From a virus, in IMG/VR virus record IMGVR_UViG_3300045973_000445, positions 22,905 to 86,904 of that record: DNA of 64,000 nucleotides; one strand, 5' to 3'. The position numbers and the translations under genes were made by a program. The stretch's first letter is position 1; every line of letters begins with the position of its first letter. The notes beneath the pieces were generated by a model. That model was not told the DNA's origin and did not search any database. It worked only from the letters and a program-made list of their open reading frames with translations. Positions 10,537 through 19,371 of this stretch are shown here, piece by piece.

Positions 10537-12201
10537 TTATATATCTCTCATACAGCGAATTGCTAAACCATAGTTCTTAGGGGCATTTTGAATTTCCGCA
10601 GAACCCCCATCATAACCAACCCTCCATTTTGCATTAAAACTATCCACTGATGTGCTTGACCAATGTAATCCTTCTTCTTTTAAAACAGCAAATGACCCAT
10701 CAAAATCAGTTCTTAAACCAGATCCTAACATTTTAAAACCATACAAATCACGACCATACGCTGATAGCCAGTGCACTGTTCCAGCTTCCTTAATAACATT
10801 AATGTCAAAGTACAAACCACCTCCAATAGGAGTCATACCTATAAAATTCCACAAAATAGTCCAATCTGAATCACTTGGCACTCTCCATCCCGTAGGAGCT
10901 AGTCCATGAACATTATTTACTGCGTACCAATTATATAATGCTCCGTAGTCCGGTTTATTTGCTATATCGTTATTATACCATGCCCTAGCCCCAGTAACAT
11001 CACCAATCCACCCTATAGTAGTCCCAAGATCATTACATAGCTTAGCAGCACTTGTAGTGTGACCAGACTGACCAATAATAGCTAGAGTATTCAAATTCCC
11101 ATACACTGTCTGAGCTGTAGCTCCTATAAGAGTTGTATTTCTGTTTGACCAGATAGAATTAGCAACACTAGTTAATCTACATTCTACATATTTATAAGAC
11201 AACCCACCCCCTAAGTCTGTTTTTTCAGTTATTATACCCCCCAACGGCCCAGTATCTCCTATAGAATATGCTCCATCTGCTATAAAATTCCTTACAGGTC
11301 GAACTTGAAGAGATGTGCTTTTTGCCACATCACTAAAAAGACCTGTATCAAAATTAACCTGATAGGCTGTTGTTGATGTACCTTCTGTTGACGACCAAAA
11401 AATACCAGTCATGCCTAGAGCAACTCTATTAGCATAAAGCCCATTTATTTCTTGGAAACTTGGCAAATACCACAAATTTCCATTTGCTTCAGTTATATTT
11501 GGTATTTTTGTACCATCTCTATATTTAGCTGTCTTTAGATTTTCTACAAGCCACTCTTGTGTACCTATTATTACAGAATGGTATTGATTTCCATCTATAT
11601 CAGTAACTGCTATAATATCTTGAGGAATAGCTAAAATAATATTTGAATCTATACTCGTTTGAATACCATCATAAGCTCGTACTCGATAATAATAAGGTAC
11701 ACTTTCTAACAAACCTGTTATGTTACAAAATAAAACATTACCTAATTCCAAATTTTGATACCCAACAATGAGAGTGTTAAAATGAGCATCTAAAGAGATA
11801 TCGATATAATATTTTGTAGCTCTAGGAACAGCATTCCAATTAGCCTTAAAACCATCAATTACAACTATACTAGCTGGTACAGCAACAGGAGCTACTAAAA
11901 CATCATTATAAATTAGATCTCCTACTCCATCTATTGAATACACAGTCGCATCTACATCAATTGCTATTAATTCTCCATAATCATTCAAAACAAAGCTCGT
12001 ATTTGGTAAGTCATTTATTTGATACCCAAGCTCTCCTTCTGCAAAATTTACATCTCCAACATATCCCAACACATCTTTAATGAAAAAGATGAGAGAGGAC
12101 AAAGTTGCAACCGCTTCATCCCTATATGAAGTGTATATATCAAGGAGGGTGTTACTAACACGAACTATAGTTGTTGTTGATATTTTCTTTGTTTCCGACA
12201 T
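10537..12201 (-). CDS. FN3 + FISUMP domain tail protein with inserted DUF1566-like domain
   Basis: FN3 (WNAV...YYYRVRAY), FISUMP (DIDGNQY...IGTQEWL...YGALYNWYAV...GWRVPS...IRCMRD), and an insert with WYLPS...FWSSTE...VRPVRNF. Confidence 0.85.
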   Translation of the reverse strand: MSETKKISTTTIVRVSNTLLDIYTSYRDEAVATLSSLIFFIKDVLGYVGDVNFAEGELGYQINDLPNTSFVLNDYGELIAIDVDATVYSIDGVGDLIYNDVLVAPVAVPASIVVIDGFKANWNAVPRATKYYIDISLDAHFNTLIVGYQNLELGNVLFCNITGLLESVPYYYRVRAYDGIQTSIDSNIILAIPQDIIAVTDIDGNQYHSVIIGTQEWLVENLKTAKYRDGTKIPNITEANGNLWYLPSFQEINGLYANRVALGMTGIFWSSTEGTSTTAYQVNFDTGLFSDVAKSTSLQVRPVRNFIADGAYSIGDTGPLGGIITEKTDLGGGLSYKYVECRLTSVANSIWSNRNTTLIGATAQTVYGNLNTLAIIGQSGHTTSAAKLCNDLGTTIGWIGDVTGARAWYNNDIANKPDYGALYNWYAVNNVHGLAPTGWRVPSDSDWTILWNFIGMTPIGGGLYFDINVIKEAGTVHWLSAYGRDLYGFKMLGSGLRTDFDGSFAVLKEEGLHWSSTSVDSFNAKWRVGYDGGSAEIQNAPKNYGLAIRCMRDI

Positions 12202-12202
12202 A

Positions 12203-13381
12203 CTATACTATAGGATAAAATATAGGAACAAGGACTGCACTTTCAAATATTATAACTCCGTCGAGATCTCTCATAATGAACTTTTTGGTTCTTGGCAATC
12301 TTCCCAGTGGCACAGTGATATCATAGTGTGGATTGAAATAACCATCTGGAACATACCTTACTCCAGTTACACCCTTTACAATTCCTAATAAGTCTGACCA
12401 TGAGATTGTTTTAGACCAATCCCAATATCTATAATCGATGTAATTAGACATTGCTATCTGTATGTTTTTCCGCACCTCTATTGGATCGTAGTTATCCAAT
12501 AACTGAACACGAAAATCTATCCCTGTGTCTGCTACTTCATCTCCACCTATTGCAAACCAGATAGGATTGATTAATGACAAACCTGTACTGTTTCCATTTG
12601 GTGCAAGGTCAGATACTGCTAAGTAAGGCTCAATATAGTCTAACAAACTAGCCAATTCCGAAACAGTCAAATCTGCACCATTCTGAAGTAATACAGCAAG
12701 TATCTGTTTACCATTCTCATCAATACCATAGTTCAATACCCGCAAGACATCCGAATTAGATACTCTTAGAATCTCCGCAAAATAGGTTAGTGTTTTCTGT
12801 GCTGTTATATTTGGATGCTGTATTATTCTTAATCGGAAATCATCGTCTGACTCAGCATCTCGACCTCCCACGGCTGAGTATTCATTAACCACCCCTATAT
12901 GTCCTGTAGGTGCTGGAGTTACTTTTAAAATGGTCTGTGCATTTACATTAGTATTAACTCCAATTTCTATGCTACGTATCTTAGCATAACCATACCCACC
13001 CACCCCAACCGTAAAATCTTCAGTAAGTTCAAAGGTAATACCATTCTCTCCTGTAAACGTGTTTACTGATTGAGCATACACCGTCCCAGCCAATGCTCGA
13101 ATAAGAATGTATGTAGAACTACCACTTGCCCCCAAGCGAACAGGAGCTCCAAACAGTGCTGCTACATTATCCAGGTACGTCCCATAGGCGTACTGAGGGA
13201 ATATATGACTTTCAACTAAAGAAATATCCTTCATCGCTTTCTGGGCAGTCTTTGCAACCCCAAAGAATATAGCATTGATCACTGACTCATCAGATGCAGC
13301 TGTTACCCTTGTCGTTTTATTATAGAACAACTCGGCTATCAGCGACTTGAGTTTTTCTATAGTATATACTTTAGTTATCAT
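12203..13381 (-). CDS. baseplate J/gp47-like protein
   Basis: AYGTYLD...R.GA..S, GG.DAESDDDFRLRI motifs. Confidence 0.9.
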   Translation of the reverse strand: MITKVYTIEKLKSLIAELFYNKTTRVTAASDESVINAIFFGVAKTAQKAMKDISLVESHIFPQYAYGTYLDNVAALFGAPVRLGASGSSTYILIRALAGTVYAQSVNTFTGENGITFELTEDFTVGVGGYGYAKIRSIEIGVNTNVNAQTILKVTPAPTGHIGVVNEYSAVGGRDAESDDDFRLRIIQHPNITAQKTLTYFAEILRVSNSDVLRVLNYGIDENGKQILAVLLQNGADLTVSELASLLDYIEPYLAVSDLAPNGNSTGLSLINPIWFAIGGDEVADTGIDFRVQLLDNYDPIEVRKNIQIAMSNYIDYRYWDWSKTISWSDLLGIVKGVTGVRYVPDGYFNPHYDITVPLGRLPRTKKFIMRDLDGVIIFESAVLVPIFYPIV

Positions 13382-14295
13382 GGTTGTAATACTAATTTTT
13401 CATCCAGTACATCATCTAATTTAGTTGTGATCTGCATATCTATAATAAGAGCCTCCCCCAGATGAGAAAATCCACTAACTGCAATAGCTTTATATCGATC
13501 ATCTTTTTCAAAGACCAAAGATTGCTGCCTAAGTATCATAGGATACTGAATAGCATTCACATTACTACTTATCAGGTTTTTATCAATCCCATCTTGTGGA
13601 AACTCTGGGACACTCCCCTTTACTAATCCCAGCAATATTAGAGTTTGTTGATTGATATTATCCCGATAACCTAGTACAGCCAGATCATTGTTTTCAAAGT
13701 AGAAGTTACGATCTATGTCAAGACCATACAGCTTCTCCCCACTAATACTATCGATGACAGAGTTTACAAAATAGTTCAAGTTGTTTGTAAATGATATCTT
13801 TAGTTTATTCCCACCTTCAAACGAGTAATCCTCTTCTTTGAGGTTATTGGTAATCGCTATTTGAGACCAGTCATTCGTAGCATCCCCTGATCCTATTTCA
13901 GATGCTAGTTGCTCAAGGCTTTGTTGCTGACGCAATATAAAATCATTACTCACTGCATTACTCCGTAGCACGTTCTTTGTACTTCTGAGCCAGCGACTGG
14001 AATTTACTATTGTAAGTAGCGTCACTTTTGTAGATTCAAAGAAGTCAAGCATCTCCCAAACCTCCACCGTAGTTGCACTCAGCCGATCCCCGTAGACAAA
14101 GAACAAGTCATTTATCTGAGCCATACGACTCATCAGATCATTTACCTTTAGGATTGTATCTGATGTTAGAGGTGTGCCTGTTTGATAATAAGCAGAGATA
14201 CTTTGATAATCAGATAGAACAAATGAGGAGAAGTCCTCAAAGTAACTCTGAATATCAAATCTGGTTATATTTTTAAAGGTATCAAAAATATTCAT
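13378..14295 (-). CDS. baseplate wedge protein (LysM-like + gp25-like)
   Basis: SLEQLA...W.QIA..NNL segment and C-terminal GSVPEFPQDG...DDR. Lies upstream of baseplate J. Confidence 0.65.
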   Translation of the reverse strand: MNIFDTFKNITRFDIQSYFEDFSSFVLSDYQSISAYYQTGTPLTSDTILKVNDLMSRMAQINDLFFVYGDRLSATTVEVWEMLDFFESTKVTLLTIVNSSRWLRSTKNVLRSNAVSNDFILRQQQSLEQLASEIGSGDATNDWSQIAITNNLKEEDYSFEGGNKLKISFTNNLNYFVNSVIDSISGEKLYGLDIDRNFYFENNDLAVLGYRDNINQQTLILLGLVKGSVPEFPQDGIDKNLISSNVNAIQYPMILRQQSLVFEKDDRYKAIAVSGFSHLGEALIIDMQITTKLDDVLDEKLVLQP

Positions 14296-15074
14296 AGCCT
14301 TCTTAATGTTCGAGATAAATAACTGACCACATCCTTTCCGGCCCTGTTAACAGCATTCTGAACTACATTAGCCTCAAAAAGATTCCTAAGAGAAGACAAA
14401 GGAGTTATATTTTTTACTAATTCCAAAGGAGCTATAATGGTAAGATTCAAATTGTAATTCCAGATCATATTCATATTGGCATCATTCTGCTCTAGCGTCA
14501 ATGCCTTAGTGGGAGCTACAACTAAGTAACTCTCCCCCAATGCAAAGTTGTACAGGTATAATCTATATGGGCCGTTTTGATCGCTCCCATCCGACTTCTG
14601 AATAATTGACTGTAATAGCTTAGTAGCTCCGTATCCTGTCTTCACAAATTGATTAAATTGCAGAGAAGGCATAGTTAATCCCTTGCCACTAAACAAACCA
14701 AAAATACCATTCTTGACAGAGGATACAAAAGCGATCCCACTAAGTATCTCTTTAGGGCCAGCTAATATCTTAAATGCCCTACCGAAATTACCCCTGATAT
14801 TTATATCCTGTGGTGTATATGCTGTAGAGGTTAAAATCAGAGTTGATTTGAAAGCCTTCTTGATGTTAATCCTTTTATTCTCTGATTTGGTTATTGCCGA
14901 AGGTAGTATTGGAAATGCAAAGTAGTCAATAGTATCCCCTGCACCATCCACCAGTTCCAGTGCAATCATATAGTACTCGAAGTCTTTAGGATAGGTCTGA
15001 TGTAGCAAAGATCTCCCTAGATCTTCTGCCAACTGGACTGCCCTACGATTAACCGTTGTTAAATCTAAACTCAA
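14292..15074 (-). CDS. tail/baseplate protein (tube initiator-like)
   Basis: FPILPSAIT...INIRGNFG...WNYNLNL pattern. TTG start. Confidence 0.55.
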   Translation of the reverse strand: MSLDLTTVNRRAVQLAEDLGRSLLHQTYPKDFEYYMIALELVDGAGDTIDYFAFPILPSAITKSENKRINIKKAFKSTLILTSTAYTPQDINIRGNFGRAFKILAGPKEILSGIAFVSSVKNGIFGLFSGKGLTMPSLQFNQFVKTGYGATKLLQSIIQKSDGSDQNGPYRLYLYNFALGESYLVVAPTKALTLEQNDANMNMIWNYNLNLTIIAPLELVKNITPLSSLRNLFEANVVQNAVNRAGKDVVSYLSRTLRRL

Positions 15075-15089
15075 GTGCTATATTTTTTA

Positions 15090-15115
15090 TAAAAATAACT
15101 AATCTTTTTAAAAAT
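15090..15115 (-). promoter_or_regulatory. 26-bp conserved upstream motif (putative late promoter), copy 1
   Basis: Plus strand taaaaataactaatctttttaaaaat, near-identical to copies at 24023, 42360, 58225 and 60983. Confidence 0.65.
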
Positions 15116-15960
15116 CAATCTAGAAAAGACTCCGTGCTTTTGATATCCGTGTAGCTCCCCAAAGCCTTTCCGATTATAGCCGTTTTCAGGGCAAGCTGAA
15201 GGGCACTGGGCGCACCAGCTCCTGGTTCGGGTATAGCTGTCTCATTAAGGATAGTTACCAAAGCCTGAAGCAAGTCGTTTGTCTTATTGAGCTGTGTTTG
15301 CAGTTCATCCCCTTTAACCATCGCCTCTGATCCAGTATTGATCTTAAATGTATCTTCTACCTCCAGAGTAGCTGTTTTGGATTTCAAAGCCAGTGCTTCC
15401 TTAGCCTCTATGCTGACATCTTTACTAGATACAATCTTAAGGGTGTCATCCAGTTCTATATTGATGTTTCCATTACAGCGAAGATTAACAACAGCTGTCC
15501 TGTCTTTATTGGCTACTGATATATTAAGCTGGCTCAGTGATCCTCCGTTTACTGTTAAGTTTAACACCCCTGTCTTGGCATCTCCAGATACTGTAACAGA
15601 ACCATCTCCTAGGATTTCGGTGATCTTAAAAAATCCTTCCCGTAGCAACTGGGACTCATCCTCCTTTGAAAGCACCCCGATTACCATCGGAAGTCCATTG
15701 TTTGGATCCATCAGGAACATCACACAGCTACCCAGCTTTTTATAATCTGCTGGGAACTCAATATCTCGAATAGCTGACTTTGTTATATAGCACTCATGGC
15801 TTACTCCTCCTCCTTTTTCAATCAAGATCGATACCCTTTCCCAGCGATAGCACTGTTCTATAAAAGTAGCCCGATCTACATCTGATGGGAGTATGATATA
15901 ACCATACTGTAGTCCTCCATAGTACTGAGATGATTTTATGGGATGTGGTCTATTGTTCAT
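15115..15960 (-). CDS. baseplate spike/gpV-like protein
   Basis: OB-like FP...GSCV...PMVIGVL, then beta-helix-like strands, then AMVKGDEL. Follows the hub gene. Confidence 0.7.
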   Translation of the reverse strand: MNNRPHPIKSSQYYGGLQYGYIILPSDVDRATFIEQCYRWERVSILIEKGGGVSHECYITKSAIRDIEFPADYKKLGSCVMFLMDPNNGLPMVIGVLSKEDESQLLREGFFKITEILGDGSVTVSGDAKTGVLNLTVNGGSLSQLNISVANKDRTAVVNLRCNGNINIELDDTLKIVSSKDVSIEAKEALALKSKTATLEVEDTFKINTGSEAMVKGDELQTQLNKTNDLLQALVTILNETAIPEPGAGAPSALQLALKTAIIGKALGSYTDIKSTESFLD

Positions 15961-15965
15961 GGGAT

Positions 15966-17122
15966 TACGCTAAATGTCAAATATTTGATGTATATTTGTG
16001 TATGAAATTGACATTGAAAATAAAACTTTTGCCCACTCCAGAGCAATTTATTTTTCTTAAAGATACATTGATAGAAGCTAATAATGCTTGTAATGCTATT
16101 TCTGAAATTTCTTTTAATGAAAAACAATACAATCAATATAAACTGCATCATAGAACATACTATGATATAAAACGAGAATTTAATCTTTCTGCTCAAGTAG
16201 TAGCTCGTTGCATTAGTAAAGTAGCTAATGCTTATAAATTGAATAAAACTATTAAAAGTGAATTTAACCCACTTGGTGGTATTACATATGATGCTCGAAT
16301 TCTTTCGTATGTTAAAAAAGGTATTTCTTTGTGGTCTGTTGGGGGTAGAATTAAAGTTCCCTTTATTTGCCATAATCAAAACTATATCCCTTATATAAAG
16401 GGAGAGGCTGATTTGGTATTTAAAAAGGATAAGTTTTATCTTTTTCAAACAGTAGATGTTCCCGAAGAGGGTATTAGAGATGTGGAAGAGTTTATTGGTG
16501 TTGATTTTGGACAAACTGACATAGCAGTATTGTCTGATGGGACTAGTTTTAATTCTGAACAACTTAAAAAAGTTCGTAAAAGATATTCTAAAGTAAGAAC
16601 AAGTATTCAATCCAAAGGCACAAAAGGAAGTAAGAAACTTCTGAAACGGCTTAGTGGGAGGGAAACTCGTTTTGTTTCTATTAATAATCACACAATAAGT
16701 AAACAAATAGTAGCAAAGGCCAAAATAGAAAACAAAGGAATTGCTATTGAGGATTTGACAGATATTCGCAAAACAGCAAAGCCAAAAAGTAAAGTACAAA
16801 AGACAGAATTGAATCGTTGGAGTTTCTTTCAACTCCGCACTTTTCTGACCTATAAGGCATTGCTCAATGGAGTTAAATTGATTGTAGCTCCTCCCGCCTA
16901 TACCTCTCAGACTTGTAATGTTTGTAATCATATTGGTATTAGAACTGGGAAATACTTTAGATGTAAAAATTGTGGTAATATAGCAGATGCAGATCATAAT
17001 GCTGCTCTGAATATAGCTACATGGGGGTGTTCTATAAATCACCCTGAAAAATCGACTATGTTTTGCTCTTTGCATTCATTGTTAGGTTTAAAACTTATCT
17101 AATTCTAATTGATTGGTGTTTT
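15966..17122 (+). mobile_element. IS200/IS605-family tnpB-only element (IS1341-like), antisense to the late operon
   Basis: AT-rich insertion between hub and spike genes, carrying only tnpB. Boundaries are approximate, taken from the flanking ATGGGAT repeats. Confidence 0.7.
16002..17102 (+). CDS. tnpB: TnpB RNA-guided endonuclease
   Basis: MKLTLKIKLLPT start. RuvC-I IGVDFG, RuvC-II IAIEDL, zinc finger CNVC/CKNC, RuvC-III DADHNAALNI. Confidence 0.93.
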   Translation: MKLTLKIKLLPTPEQFIFLKDTLIEANNACNAISEISFNEKQYNQYKLHHRTYYDIKREFNLSAQVVARCISKVANAYKLNKTIKSEFNPLGGITYDARILSYVKKGISLWSVGGRIKVPFICHNQNYIPYIKGEADLVFKKDKFYLFQTVDVPEEGIRDVEEFIGVDFGQTDIAVLSDGTSFNSEQLKKVRKRYSKVRTSIQSKGTKGSKKLLKRLSGRETRFVSINNHTISKQIVAKAKIENKGIAIEDLTDIRKTAKPKSKVQKTELNRWSFFQLRTFLTYKALLNGVKLIVAPPAYTSQTCNVCNHIGIRTGKYFRCKNCGNIADADHNAALNIATWGCSINHPEKSTMFCSLHSLLGLKLI

Positions 17123-19364
17123 ATGGGATAAATTTTCGATGTAAAAAGAAATCAAAGGCATCTTTATCCGTTCCAAAGGAAACCTTAACTGTATTTTTTG
17201 GAACATTAGCTTTTAGCAACGTCCCCACAGCAGCTCCAGCAGCACTAGCCTCGGCTTCAGAACCGTAAATTACCAGTTTCTGTATTAGCACCTTCCGGAT
17301 AACATCCAACTGCACCATGCTCCAATAGGATATCTTCCGACCTAATTCGGCTACTAGCTTTCCACGGATGTAATCGATGTACATTCCCCTACTCACACTT
17401 ATTGTCGTCGAGCCATCGATGCGCTCACCCATCGTTATAAACGAATTGGTAACGGCATCCACATAAAAGAACTGAGCTCCTATCTTAATCCATGCCTTAG
17501 CCTTTATCCTTCTGTCTCGCCTTAGTGTAATTGTGCCGGTTTCCGTAAATGGGAGATTACAAAAACACTCAATAGCATACATAAAATCCTCAATAACCTT
17601 CTGCTTAAATTCATCTCTATTTTCTGATAGATGATCCCCCGTCATTGCACGGGATGATATATAGTTATCTGTAATTTTCATTTGCTTATTCCCGAAAGCC
17701 TCCGCTATCTCCGGAAAGTAAATAATTGGCAAATAAGCCAAAGCAATACTATCTGTACGTCCCAAGAACATATTCCGAGGATCAAACTCAAACCAAGTAA
17801 AGAAATTAGGATCCCAGTCCAAATCCATCTCCTCTACGTCCCGCAGATTAACATCAATATAATCTCCACTGTCCAGAACGCTCAGTATGGCTGCCTGAGT
17901 AAAGGGAGGAGTTCGTGCTATAAAAGTAAACTTATCTCCGTAAGTATCCCCATAAAATTCAACGAAGGGATTCTGACAAAAGGAATCGATTACACTCATC
18001 AGATTTCCATTAGGATTGCTTATCTGACTGTTGGCGATACGCCTGTCATCAATCTGCTCATCTACTAATAAATCTACGATCTGCCAAATTCCACTAACAG
18101 CATTCCATTCAAGTATATTATGACCATCCCCCGTCATCTTCAACGTCTGGGATCGTCTACCTCCTAAACCAGCCCCTATCTGATTATTCCCTTTGCCCAT
18201 ATCATCATAACTACTAAATAAGACATCATTACAACATCCCAAGTTAGATAGCTGATTCACTACAAAGCTCAGAGAATCTCGCACAGATTTCATTTGATAT
18301 AGCCACAAGTAATTGAAGTCCCCCTTCAGGAAGTTACGCTTAAACCACTTACTATCATCCTGAGTATTAAAAAATAATGTATCTGCATTCTCTGTAAATA
18401 ATAAAGGAAAGAAGTAACTCCCGTCCTCCACCAAAAGTTTATTAAGATCTCGTCCAGTTATAGATACCTCCATGTCTGTATTCTGTGGAATCATCCTACT
18501 GCCTACATGATCTATCAGTCCGATCATATCAAACACTTTCCCTGGAAGATTGCTAGCTGACAGCTCCATGCTATCAGCTTCCCTGTCATCAGGAGATTCC
18601 ATCGTCAGTCGCTCAAAGCGAATGAATACTATGTCGTTCTGTTGCAGTATCTTTTTGAACCACGGGATCGGGAGTCTTTCAGATATCAAAGTATCTGGAT
18701 TAACAAAGTCTGATAAGGAATGTCTCTTATTATTAGTATCGATATCAACACGCTGGAAGACCTCGTCCCCTGCTCCTATTCCTAATCCTTTCTCATCTAC
18801 TGCTATGGCCTGAAGGAATATACTAAAGGAATTGCCTATGCCATTAACAGTAGTCGTACAGCTTTCCACGTACTTCGAAACATCCAATAGAGTCGTTCCA
18901 TTTTCACTATGTGCTCTTGACCAAATCCAGACCGATATGCTGTACTCTCGTATATCAATGGTATTATCTTTATCGGTAACAGTAAAAATTGGTGTGTAGG
19001 ATGGGCTTCGGAGCAAATCTAAATAGTGACCATAAAAGGCAGTGAATGATTTAATATCCTTCACAAATAGATTCCTACCCTGTAGGGCAAGCATATCTAC
19101 GGACAGTTCTCCCTTTGGTAAAAATAAGACTGTTCCAGCTTTAACTAAAGTTAATTCTCTAGTAGCTATCTTAGTAGCCTCAGCATCAAGATCTACCTTA
19201 GAGTACTGTGTAATAATACGATCAAAGTTAAACTCACTGTTATTTTGAATGCCTGTAATTAGTAACGGAATGTTATTTTTATATGCACTAAATACAGAAA
19301 GAGGAGCTGAAACCAACTCTTCTAATGTAGTATCAAAATCAACTTTCTGTTCGTAAAAATCCAT
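17121..19364 (-). CDS. baseplate hub-like tail protein
   Basis: Follows the tape measure gene. ITGRDLNKLL, PFVEFYGD...ARTPPF, FYVDAVTNSF...RG motifs as in large myovirus hub proteins. Confidence 0.7.
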   Translation of the reverse strand: MDFYEQKVDFDTTLEELVSAPLSVFSAYKNNIPLLITGIQNNSEFNFDRIITQYSKVDLDAEATKIATRELTLVKAGTVLFLPKGELSVDMLALQGRNLFVKDIKSFTAFYGHYLDLLRSPSYTPIFTVTDKDNTIDIREYSISVWIWSRAHSENGTTLLDVSKYVESCTTTVNGIGNSFSIFLQAIAVDEKGLGIGAGDEVFQRVDIDTNNKRHSLSDFVNPDTLISERLPIPWFKKILQQNDIVFIRFERLTMESPDDREADSMELSASNLPGKVFDMIGLIDHVGSRMIPQNTDMEVSITGRDLNKLLVEDGSYFFPLLFTENADTLFFNTQDDSKWFKRNFLKGDFNYLWLYQMKSVRDSLSFVVNQLSNLGCCNDVLFSSYDDMGKGNNQIGAGLGGRRSQTLKMTGDGHNILEWNAVSGIWQIVDLLVDEQIDDRRIANSQISNPNGNLMSVIDSFCQNPFVEFYGDTYGDKFTFIARTPPFTQAAILSVLDSGDYIDVNLRDVEEMDLDWDPNFFTWFEFDPRNMFLGRTDSIALAYLPIIYFPEIAEAFGNKQMKITDNYISSRAMTGDHLSENRDEFKQKVIEDFMYAIECFCNLPFTETGTITLRRDRRIKAKAWIKIGAQFFYVDAVTNSFITMGERIDGSTTISVSRGMYIDYIRGKLVAELGRKISYWSMVQLDVIRKVLIQKLVIYGSEAEASAAGAAVGTLLKANVPKNTVKVSFGTDKDAFDFFLHRKFIP

Positions 19365-19371
19365 ATATTAA

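Noticed and set aside
9598-12201. Complete diversity-generating retroelement
   Set aside because: No reverse transcriptase or template repeat is visible in the window. It is kept only as a candidate target.
15957-17075. 372-aa minus-strand ORF
   Set aside because: It is the antisense shadow of tnpB, with implausible F/I/C-rich composition and no motifs.
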